Shown piece after piece: positions 53,801-64,000 of a stretch of 64,000 nucleotides of DNA. A program made the position numbers and the translations under genes. The notes under the pieces were generated by a model that saw only the letters and a list, made by a program, of their open reading frames with translations, was not told the DNA's origin and made no database searches. Source of the stretch: Ascidiella aspersa (Eukaryota); assembly GCA_963924565.1 (NCBI GenBank), contig OZ004613.1, forward strand, positions 23,622,001 through 23,686,000. The letters run 5' to 3'. The first letter of the stretch is position 1; each line of letters opens with the position of its first letter.

Positions 53801-56800
53801 CGACGCCTCTAGGCACAAAAGATGATTTACCAGATCGAGATTTATAGGTCAAGGATATAATGTAGCCTCGCGCAAAGCGCAAAACATTGCAGCATTTGCA
53901 TATTTAAAATGGCAAAAAAAGTATTGAGAAGGCCTTGTTCTCAGTTTATCAGTTAGGTAAAGGACCGTTGACGACCCATGGTTCAGGTTGCCTATAACAC
54001 TTGTTAAAATTAAGGTTAATATAGCCTCCATAGGAAACAGAACATATCCATAAATTTGGTTTTGCACAATAGGTTCCATCGTTTTATATACACGATCTAT
54101 ACCTTTCCCGTTTCCTGCCGGGTCTCCAATCGTGCTTATCATAATCTTCCCGCCCGGAATGCAGTGAACGGTGTGTGGGTTAGCCAGCCCCGTCTTGTGC
54201 ATCACATCCACTGGTTCCACCGTCTAAAAACGTTTTGTGTTATGTATAATAAAATATATGATAGGTTTGTGACAAACATATATTGCTGTGCAGAAGGGTC
54301 GAGGCAACATCTCCTTCTCCACGTTTACGTTATACCAATGCTGTTAGTTACCAGCCTATACGTATCAATAACCAAACGTAACAATGGTTTTGGAATTGGC
54401 TTTGTGTTCTTGAATGTGTGCCGTTTATTTGCTAAATAAGTTTGAGAAGCAAGCTGTGTTGTACCTTGATAAGTAACTAATTGTTGATATACGTGTTAAG
54501 CGAAACGTAAGACAAATAAACCTACTCTGAAAAAATGAATGTAATTGAATAGACCTGTATAGCAAAAATACTTGGTAAGTTTAATTTATTTTGTGAGTAC
54601 GTTGATGTTCTTTGTTTAGCTGTTGACTTTCATGTTTAGATAACGTGCTTCTTTCATCGTGCCACATGAAAGTACTTCGTCGTTGCTGTACTACGTGCTT
54701 TGCTGCGTGTGTACTGTGTGTGTACTGTGTGTGTGGATTTGGAGTTATTAGACCAAGATTTGGAGACTGCCGTCATTGTACGTTAGGGCAAGATGCGCAT
54801 TTCAACGCGACAACCCTTTGTGAGACTTGACAACCCTTTGTGAGCCTCCAGGTCGGCCATTGTCTATACAGACCGCTTTTAGTTCAAACGGATAACTAAA
54901 CACATGTTCCGTCTAATCTAATCATTTAGTTTTTCAACTTTCAAGTCAGTTACCTATTTGAACAGTGACAAAAGCCAGCGGTTCAGCGCAAACGGGGAAA
55001 AGAGATCTTATACCTTGGCAATCCTGGGCCGCTTCGGGTCTGTTGTTACATCGACGCCGTAGATGCGATTGGAAACCAAGCCCGGCATAACGAACAGGCT
55101 CCGTCGCTTGGTCGGGTCGTGGAAGCAACTACTGCAGGCGTTCCAGCCAGTGTGGTGAAGCTCGTCCTTCATGTTGGGCATTTCGAGTCGGTCTATCACC
55201 TGGATTGGACAATGGCAGAAATTCAATCACATTAACCTGTCAATGTTAGAACCTATCACCTGAAGTGGGCAACGGCAGAGGGTGTTCGCTCTTAAGGTTA
55301 AGCGACTGGACTCGTTTTGTTAAAATCTTTAAATGTTTAGCACTTCTGAGCGTCGAAGTAAAGTTTATACCCAGAAATGTAAACCACGCACAGTTATGCA
55401 GGCCGCAGAATGTAATAGGGAACACACAAAAAACGTAAAAAGCAATAATACCTGAAGTAGAAAATTTTTTAAAACCATAGGCCAACGACACAATACAGCC
55501 AAATGCGCAGTAATATCCATGCAGTACAGAATAAGATCAAATTCGTCTGAATAAGACCTAATATCGTAATACGCCCTAAATTCATTGGAACAAGACCTAC
55601 ATGGTCAAAATAACGCCTTAAACCAAGGGTCGGCAACCTTTTTCTAGTCGCGGGCCAAAACGAAACTCAGCATATTAAAATGTTAGAACAGCTTTTATTC
55701 AGGCGGGCCTCGTATCTTTTTTTGCACTTAAAAACGTGTTTAATTACATATAAGAAGGCAGTGAATTGTTGGCGCAAAGCGGAAAAAAAGCGTTTGTTTG
55801 GTTTAAAATTCTAGTTCACACGTCGACATCCATACTACATATAAAAAGTGTAATAAAAGTACATTGAGAAAACGGGATAATCGTTTTTAATTAGTCTAGT
55901 TCCGTGTTTATTAAACTTTGTGTCCGGGAGCACCTGACGAGCGCAGCGAGCACGATTTTTTTTTTGTTTAAAAGACAGCCTTAAAACGTAAACGAACCGG
56001 ACGTACAAAGATCAATCGCGCAAAACGCGAAAAATTTTCCCACTTTGCTACGTAGTTAAAATAGTCATAAAGTATTTGAAATGAACTCGTGTCTAGTTTG
56101 TCAACGAGTCGGCGGGCCCGCGGGCCGTAGGTTGCCGATCCCTGCCTTAAACTGTAGATGGTGGACGATCAGGGGCCATCTGTTTGGCATTGGTCGTTTT
56201 GGTGACTACGTTTGGGCGCCCTAGTTTGACCGGCCCCGTAAGGGTGCCGCTGTTTTGACAACAGATTTTTGATGCTAATATATATATATCGTTAAAAATA
56301 CTTTTATGATCAGGCTCGTTGCTCCTAAAGGCCTATAATACAACAAAGTTAAAAGTCCATTTAATCCATTTAAAGTGTGATTATGGCGTTTGTCTGGAAG
56401 GGAGAAAATAGATTAGCATTGGACAATAATGGTTGGAGGTTGTAGTAAGACGTAATACGAATATCAAAGCCCATTCAGAAGTAGGTATCAATTTGAACGT
56501 TTCGAATAACTCTTTATTCATTTTTCAACAAGCTTAGCATTGAGTTTACGCTGCGGCAGTTGAAGGATTGGTCAAATAGCATAGAGACCATAGAAGTTCA
56601 TAACAAAGTTTTCACACCTGGCAGAACGTTGGCGATGTTTCGTCGAGATCTACCGTTGCCAAATAATCAGGAGCGTTGATGTCAGTGTTCCTGCAACAAA
56701 TTAGCCAATCTAAGAACTAACAATCTATGAATAAAGGCTTGTTCGAAGTGTTCGGCCATTTACCAGTTTAATTAAATATTCTTACGACTATTCTATGGTA

Positions 56801-57568
56801 ATTAAGAGTGTTGTAATAACTTAAGTCACTGTTTTGAAATTACTTAACTTGAATTAAGTATTTTAGCCAAAATTATTTGACTGGACATAAGTATTTTGGA
56901 CAAACGACTTGAATGGACTTCATTTTTTCAAAAAAATAATTTGTTTATTATCAACAACAAAAACTTGCCTATGTTTTGCGTCGTTGCAAAATATGGAAAG
57001 TTTCAATGTTAAACAGGGATTCTCGTAACCTGTAAATGCACGGAATGTAGACTATCTTCTCTTTGGGCGCCTTCATTGCGTCAATAGGTGAAGCATAGCC
57101 AGGTCCCGTAGATGCCTTGCAGCAAGACGGCTCAAGATGCTTCGCTATCGTTTCGACTCTTTGCGCTAAAACCAGGAGATAAAGAGCAAGTCAATATTTA
57201 AGCTTGACAGTAACAAAGAGAGTTTAATATCAAGTAACTTGTGGTATATTTAGACCAATGTGCACAAACTGTTTTATCGATGCGAACTTTTGAAATTTTA
57301 CCAAGCCGCGCCCTTAACGGCGTTTGCTGGTATATGCTTCTTGGTCTCCTTAATTTCGTTCCATAGTATTGAAAAAAACTAACTGAATTTTAGACCGACT
57401 GAAAAGGTAAAGATTCAGTTTGAGTTTAACTTTAACTAAGTTTTTAACTTTAACGCAGCTTCGTTTTAGCTGGATGTAAAGATTTAACTATTTTTCAGCC
57501 CACTAGCAAATGCGGAGCATTGAGAAACCACATGGAAAGGACTAAGTTTAACTCGCCCACTTACACAT
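44829..57568 (-). CDS. SELENBP1: Selenium-binding protein 1 / methanethiol oxidase, 486 aa, 12 coding exons, N-terminal PTS2
   Basis: Exons 57568-57565, 57165-57030, 56690-56618, 55199-55014, 54223-54103, 53225-53043, 52200-52145, 51445-51320, 50815-50737, 47662-47499, 45875-45706, 44991-44829; 1461 nt, all GT-AG and phase-consistent. Hallmark motifs [100 protein letters not shown]. Confidence 0.96.
45950..46363. mobile_element. hAT-type MITE, copy 1
   Basis: TIRs CATAGGCGTAGCCAG / CTGGCTACGCCACTG; perfect 8-bp TSD ATGACAGG. Confidence 0.88.
52286..52680. mobile_element. hAT-type MITE, copy 2 of the 45950-46363 family
   Basis: Same termini and highly similar body; TSD degenerate. Confidence 0.85.
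55624..56144. mobile_element. hAT-type MITE
   Basis: TIRs CAAGGGTCGGCAACC / GGTTGCCGATCCCTG; perfect 8-bp TSD CCTTAAAC. Confidence 0.88.
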
Positions 57569-57986
57569 ATTTGCAATATTCCGTTGCAATGTAAAACAGG
57601 GAGAAGGTTGGGCGAACTCCAAGAAAGGCAGAAGAAATACTCAGCTCCTAAACAGCTACACAATGACGCAGCAAAATTTAAAGCTGTTGATCGTGAAATA
57701 AAACATGCGTGTAAATTTGAGAGATCAATACAGGTTCTATATCCAGGTCACAAAACTTTTTTTTATGAAGAGCCCGATAAATGTAAGTGCAAGTCCTGCG
57801 GGCCTGGGCATTGAGCCTTAGTAATTGTCGTACAGATTCCATTCAAAAATTAGCTTTAAAATGCATCCGCCAACATTTCAACTGTACTACTTCTGGAATT
57901 AACCCCGCGGGATTTAGTTTAGTGACCGTTACTCTATATTAAAAGATAATCAAAAGCAGCAGCAAAGCATTTTTGATAGCAACAAG

Positions 57987-58364
57987 TGTTACGCCAAACT
58001 AATCCAGAACTCTACTTAACGGCCTACCGACTGCCAAGCGCTACAACGTGTGTCTTTTACTTGTATTAAAATAAGCGACAGTAAAATGCTAAAACACTGA
58101 AACAACGAAAAGCGGCCAACGCCTAAAAAGGTGACTTAAACGTTAATTCCCAGGGTTTTTTACAATGAAATAAACTCAAGCTAGACCCTAAACGCGACTG
58201 CCCACAGTAGATTTCGTGTACCCATTCACTACAACGAGAGAAAAAAAGGTGTGCGTGTCAAACGTAACTAATTATTGAGAAAGAAAGAGGAAAACGAAAA
58301 CACGCGTACAAACGATAAAACACAGAAACACCACACATAGAAACTATAAATATTCGGTGCAACA
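57987..58364. mobile_element. Solo LTR (Gypsy-like, 4-bp TSD) upstream of SELENBP1
   Basis: TGTTACG...TGCAACA termini flanked by CAAG on both sides; homolog at 18649-19073. Confidence 0.72.
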
Positions 58365-58974
58365 CAAGAACGCAATGCAAAGTTTGCAATAAAAAAGAGC
58401 TTCATAAAACCAGAGCACGATATGTAAGTAAAATGTCAACTGCTTTTGTGCTTTTGCAAAGCAATCTAATTTTTCCCAAATTGCAGGTTGAACGCGGCAT
58501 CCATTTTGTGAAATTTATAACCTTTATAATCATATCAGGATTTTGACGCCATCAATAATTTGGCGCGCACATTCAGCAACGAGCCAACTAATGATAGCTC
58601 TAGATTAGTAGCTAGTAGCACAATTCGCCAAAAAATTCGAATAAGATGCGAATAAACTCGTAAAAAAATATATTTAAAAACGTCAACATTATTAACCCTA
58701 GCCTACTAGTTGTGGGCGCACAACAAATTAATTGCAATGAAATGATTATAGTAAATTATGAACCAGTATTATTGGTGTATTATGCGCACTTCAGTTAACT
58801 GGGTTTCAGAATATTTTTGAGGTGGCCACAAAAACGGATTTACTAGCTTTATTAACAGGGCATGCAAAACAATATTCGTCAAGTAAAGACGACCAAACAA
58901 CTTAATAGAATGTCTAACAGTGATAGCACTAGGAAAAAGTCGGTGCCAGTCTAAAATCCTACCACAGTTATTAA

Positions 58975-59118
58975 ATCAACGCACAATATTTGGGTTAGGG
59001 TGCGAGTTAGTGTTTGGGTATGGGTGGGTCAAGTATTATTATATTCATTATTTAATAATAATACTTGAGCCAACCTTACCCAAACGCTAACCCGCACCCT
59101 AACCCAAATTATGTGCGT
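58975..59118. repeat. Inverted pair of the telomere-like (CCTAAC) motif found in the 3.5-4.1 kb foldback element
   Basis: GCACAATATTTGGGTTAGGGTGCG...GGGTCAAGTATT followed by AATACTTGAGCC...CCCTAACCCAAATTATGTGCG. Confidence 0.7.
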
Positions 59119-62023
59119 GGTGATAAGATTCCAGACCAGGGCCAAAAAGCCACTTCCGAATTGTGCAGCGGTAGGAAATCGTTCGACCTTGAACTAGGTC
59201 AAGAAACAACAACTGGAAACGTGGTGTGGTGCTCGCCGTCTTTGCGCGTGAAGCGTGAAAGTACGCGTGAAGTTTTTTTTTTTTCGCTAAACGAGTGAAG
59301 TTTGCCAAGTCACGCTGTTTAAAACGACTGAATTTCCCTAATTATAAGGTTAGGCGGGCGAATGCAGAACATATTTTTACTGCACGTCCATATTTGCAAT
59401 ATTATTATGCCTAATTAATAACTTGGATGGTCTTTCAATTTTTATCTTAATTTTTATGAAATGCTTAAACAAAATAATAAGTATAGTTCTACGTAATGGG
59501 TTATGATATTCACTCTTTTGATTTAGGTCAGGAGTTCTTAACCTTTTTTTTGCATGTTTTACACTTTTAACAAAGTTGAATATCAGATATTTCTCTGTTT
59601 TTGATAAACGAAAGTAACAAATTGCTTTGAAGTAGCAGTTATAATCTGAACTAGGAAGGTAAGATACCAATACCTACAGCTGGCTTAATTTTTCTGTCCC
59701 CAAAATAATTGCTTCCTGGGGTAAATTCACCCCAGGTTAAGAAGGGCTGCTTTAGATCATTTTACACTCTGCAATATGACTTGCTTTAGTTTTCGATAAT
59801 ATTTGGCAAACTGTCTTTAGAAGGCGCCATCATAGCTAATTACTGACATACATGCTCAACAATTTATGAACTCAACAATTATGAACCGTTCGGTGTAGGC
59901 GGCCGAGTTGACACACTTATCACTCTTAAGAAATTGACTCCGAACTACTGCACTGTAGCCTAAACGACAACTGCTCTGCCAAACACTTGCAAAATCGCAT
60001 CACAACTTTGGTGCCAACATGCGCTTGATCAACGTTGAATGGTTCGCGTCCGCACCCTGTACAGCTTTAGGTGGGTAGGTTCGTCGGAACGGCCTACGCT
60101 TGTCTTAACCAAACAAACCTTTGCTTGAACTGAACCATAATATACAGTCAACAAAACGAGAAAGAAAAAGGCAGACAGCATTGAACCGCACGGGATTACC
60201 AGCAATCTAGCATGTTCTAGACTCTAGAGAGTTTGAATAGCGGGAAAAAATGCGACTGGTACAATCACAAGACTCATACGATTTGGCACGTTTCTTTCTC
60301 CACCTTTTGTTTCACTACATTTTAAACCCTTTTAACATGACTATTAGAGATGATACTAAGGAATGCACTATTCATTAATAGTCATCTTTAATGTTTCGTT
60401 TTGTATACACAAGTGGTTCTGCACTTTATTTATATGGCCCACTTTCACAAGTGGTTCTGCACTTTATTTATATGGCCCACTTAGTTTGTATATTTCCTGC
60501 GTCTTGTGCCCCCCACAAGTATTAAATATTTATTTGATGTAGCCTATGTGGATTACATAACAGTGAGACAAATATCAAAGATCGCACATAGCGCGAAAAT
60601 TTGCGTTTATTTAGTTTCAGTTGACTAAACTCTCAAATATACATGACGAAACAGGTCACACATACAAACATACACATTGCTCGTGCTCGATATTGACGTT
60701 TGTCAATGTGATTTACTGATTTTTTAGACTTATCATTATCGAGGGCCATTTACTCCACAACTGTAAGGCTGCATAAAACTACGCAAGTCCACACGAAAGC
60801 GTTGTACATTGCGTTTTTTGTGCTTTCAAGGGTGTTACACACAAATAAGCCTAAACATCACAGATCTATGTCACATGTGTCATATCTACTAAATCATAGG
60901 TGGTAAGTAATGCAGACAGAGACCAGAAGCCACAATTATTACTTTGGTACCAACAAAAAGCCACACCTCTGCCTATTCATGGGTAGAAATGAACACCACT
61001 TCGTTTTGTCCTCACTCGCACACATAGCCTACCTTCATTCAATTAGATTTATTTAATAAACGATACTAGCACAAATTGATATTCATATAGTGACCAGTGC
61101 AATAAATCGCGTCAGGCTGTCGAACTTTCTGAAACAGGGGTGCGTAATGTTTATAAGATATCTACTTAAGTGTTTTTATTTATTTGGTAAGCGGGTTGGG
61201 ATGACTTGAAAACGCAACTAGCCACTTTACGAACGCCATGCTATTCCTTCACTGTATATAGTGTCTTGAAAGTTCATTGCAACTTAGTTTTTCGCGGGCC
61301 TTTTACTATATGCCACTCGAACGATCCGACATGGAAGCGGTAACCCCATGTTTAATTTGTTTCGGTAAAATGGTTTGTGGTTCAAAACCGCGAAACTGGA
61401 CCAAGTTTGCCAAAATCTTTACCCGTCAACAAAAATAAACAGTAAACTAAATCGACATTGTATATCCTAAAAATTAAAATACAGGATGAACGTAAATCGG
61501 CATAAAACCGGGTAAAGAGACGCATGCAGCCTGCGAGCCATTGTTTTGCCACCACTGTATTAAATCTAACGTTTTACCACTTAAAAACGCTAGCAACTTG
61601 TGCTGATTGCATCACAGGATTACACACCAGCTGCGGTGCACAGCTTTTTAAATTCTACAAGAGAGTGTACTTTGAGACGAAACGCGCATTTTGCACAAGT
61701 TAGCTTCGTTTTTGAGCTTATTGGGGATAGACTCCTCACTATAGGGATAAACATGTTGCGATTTGACAATACGGAGCATATGAAGCAGGAAGTCAAAACA
61801 ACGTTTCAGGACTCTACAACTGAAAAAACATTTCACCCCTATATTGGAATCCAAAATCACATTGTATCTTATCTGTTTCAAGAAATGCAGCAATCTGATT
61901 TTACACGAATTGCCAACGCAAAGATATCGCGCTATTTTATTTAACTTACTTTTTCGAAGAGACATTGTTTTTGCTATAAAGATTATACTAAAAATAATAT
62001 ATTTTGGTATATATTTGATAAAC

Positions 62024-62201
62024 CAACGTTTCGGCTTACTATTTTGAAAGCCTTTATCAGGGAATGACACACATGGCAAACAAGACGCAAAGTAAAATGA
62101 CACAAATAAAAGAGGAAATAAAATGCGCGAAACTTTGCGTCTTGTTGGCCATGTGTGTCATTCCTTGATAAAGGCTTTCTGAATAGTAAGCCCAAACGTT
62201 G
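62024..62201. repeat. 70-bp-arm palindrome containing Penelope-type hammerhead remnants
   Basis: Arms 62024-62093 and 62132-62201 match at 65/70 positions. The left arm on the minus strand reads CCTGATAAAGGCT...AGCCGAAACGTTGG. Confidence 0.75.
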
Positions 62202-62947
62202 TGTTAACAAATACAGTATATACCAGAAGAGCTTATTTTTAGTATACTATGCCTGGTAGCAATAGCATATTTATTAGTTAAACATTATCTAAATTAGAAT
62301 GAATAAATCAAAAAATTTGTAGAAAAGTTACCTTAAAATGGACCTTATCTCATGTAAAAGAGGCAGAAAATCCCACAATGCATTTTTTATCTTAACAGAA
62401 TTGCGATACGCATAGAGGCTGTAAATTGGTAGTGCGAAGTCAATTATTGACTTTTTCAATTGGTTAACTGCGTTTTATTGTTTTTCGGGGGGGATGCAAG
62501 TTTTATGGCTTGATTTATTCCTTATATTTTAGTCTTATTTATCAAATACCAGGTTTGTGTTAAACATAATATTGGGAGACATGATAAACTAAAATTTCAG
62601 GATTTTTTTTTTAAAGTGGCCCGTAACCAGTTTAAGGGCCGCTGAAGACAAAACAAATTATAAGAACCACTAAATTGGTTGTTGTCTTTTTTTTCAAAAA
62701 ATCTCTAGGAAGTTTTGTACACGTTTTTACAACGACGTTGTTCAGTTGTACAAACGACCTGGCACGGGCAGCAATTATGACCCGAAATTAAGGTCGCGGC
62801 AATCTTTTATTATGAAATAAAAATGCAGTGCTGGTGCTCTTAAGAAGTACAAGTCGGCGCAAGGGAATGATTTGTGGGAAGCGAAGTAATGTACCCCCAA
62901 TATTCATAAAGTAACACCACAACTTTCTGATATGTTTCGATCAAGAA

Positions 62948-64000
62948 TCAGCTCTTAAGGAGATCAACAAACTGCTGACGGGTGGCCACACTGCGATAAG
63001 CAGCTCTGAAGCCACCGGCGCCGTTGCTCGAGTCTGATATAAACTCGATCCTGAGGCCTCTACCGGCGGCTCCGAGAATGTTCAGACGAACGTAATAGCG
63101 TCCATAAAGCCGAGCGATCCGGCGACTGGACGACTGGACTCCGCTGCGAATCTGCATAAAGAAAATTGCTTACTTTCACTGTTTTTAGCTGGCAAAATGG
63201 TGCGGTATCATATTGTGGCCTGTTCTTGGCAATTTGAAAAGACTTCCAACATTGTTGAGGTGGTTTAACACTTTTTAATATCTTATTTTAAATTATTTAT
63301 TTTGAAAATAAGATAACGGTGTTTTTTATTTTTTTCAAATTTTTCATACATATAGACTTCATAGTTGCATATTTTGAAAGTACTGTGTGGTTAATGAGCT
63401 AAGCCGAAAAAGAAAGTAAGATATTTTTTATTTTGCCTGCTATGTACCCGGAAAATTCCATGGCACATATATGGATCAGTATAGTGTTCATACATGTATC
63501 CTAAAAAACGTGAGTTAGCGTTTAGCAAAAAAATGCAACGTTGCCTGTATTAGATATGTACTGTCGGCAGCGCTTGTACATCTTCACGGGTTTCTAAATC
63601 CGACGTTCGGAAATAAATGTCTTCTTTAGGCTATTTATTTTTCTTAGAAGCAAGGAAAGGCAATTTGATATATGGCTCTTCTGTAGGTGGGCTCAAAATT
63701 ACTCACAATGTTAAAAGAAAGTGCGAGTCATAAATGCACACCCTTTTATATAAAGATATACAAAATTTCCTTTTTGGGCTATAGATATCTGACATATGCT
63801 GTTTCTGAATCGCTAAGTAGTAACGATCATTCAGCAATAGGCCTACCCTTATAATATCAGCGCGCGGTTCCGTGAGGATTCCCAGAATGGTGAGCACCAC
63901 CATGCGGCTTCCAGGCGCCCTGATGACCCAGTAGCATTCCAGGTTGTTGTCGTACACCTGCAGTGGCCAATTGGGGCTTGAGAAGTACTGAGGCGTCGGT
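62948..64000 (-). CDS. CUB-domain protein, 3' end (last two exons; gene continues beyond the window)
   Basis: Exons >64000-63847 and 63151-62948 give ...FSSPNWPLQVYDNNLECYWVIRAP...ADIIR|IRSG...IARLYG...LRIEFISDSSNGAGGFRAAY...*, which matches the CUB consensus. Confidence 0.85.

Noticed and set aside
762-57568. Idea of a functional peroxisomal gene cluster linking the TMEM53-like genes and SELENBP1
   Set aside because: They are more than 40 kb apart with unrelated genes between, and nothing in the sequence shows co-regulation.
44829-57568. Selenocysteine or SECIS in the selenium-binding protein
   Set aside because: No in-frame TGA in the assembled CDS; SELENBP1 is not a Sec-containing protein.
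60408-60482. Short exact tandem duplications (also about 14915, 29140, 44177, 54809)
   Set aside because: Ordinary slippage or repair duplications in non-coding DNA with no sign of function.

Overview
AT-rich, intron-containing animal genomic DNA. The compact genes, MITE-rich introns and protein content suggest an invertebrate chordate such as an ascidian (inference). Gene models were built by hand from splice signals and reading-frame phase. Left to right: (1) Three tandem intronless TMEM53-like (DUF829, alpha/beta-hydrolase) genes on the minus strand; one runs off the left edge and one is broken by a 1-nt frameshift. (2) Four DRAM/TMEM150 (Frag1/DRAM/Sfk1) paralogs, three on minus and one on plus, each with a U12-type minor intron followed by a 26-nt microexon. 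(3) An orphan, stop-containing 3' fragment of an SLC5 sodium:solute symporter inside that cluster. (4) A complete 12-exon SELENBP1/methanethiol oxidase (486 aa) whose N-terminal extension is a textbook peroxisomal PTS2 (RVETIAKHL). (5) The 3' end of a CUB-domain gene. Also present are a degenerate tRNA-Ala, many hAT-type MITEs, solo LTRs, foldback elements and Penelope-type hammerhead remnants. The strongest novelty candidates are a peroxisome-targeted methanethiol oxidase and organelle partitioning (mitochondrial versus PTS1-like) among the TMEM53-like paralogs.
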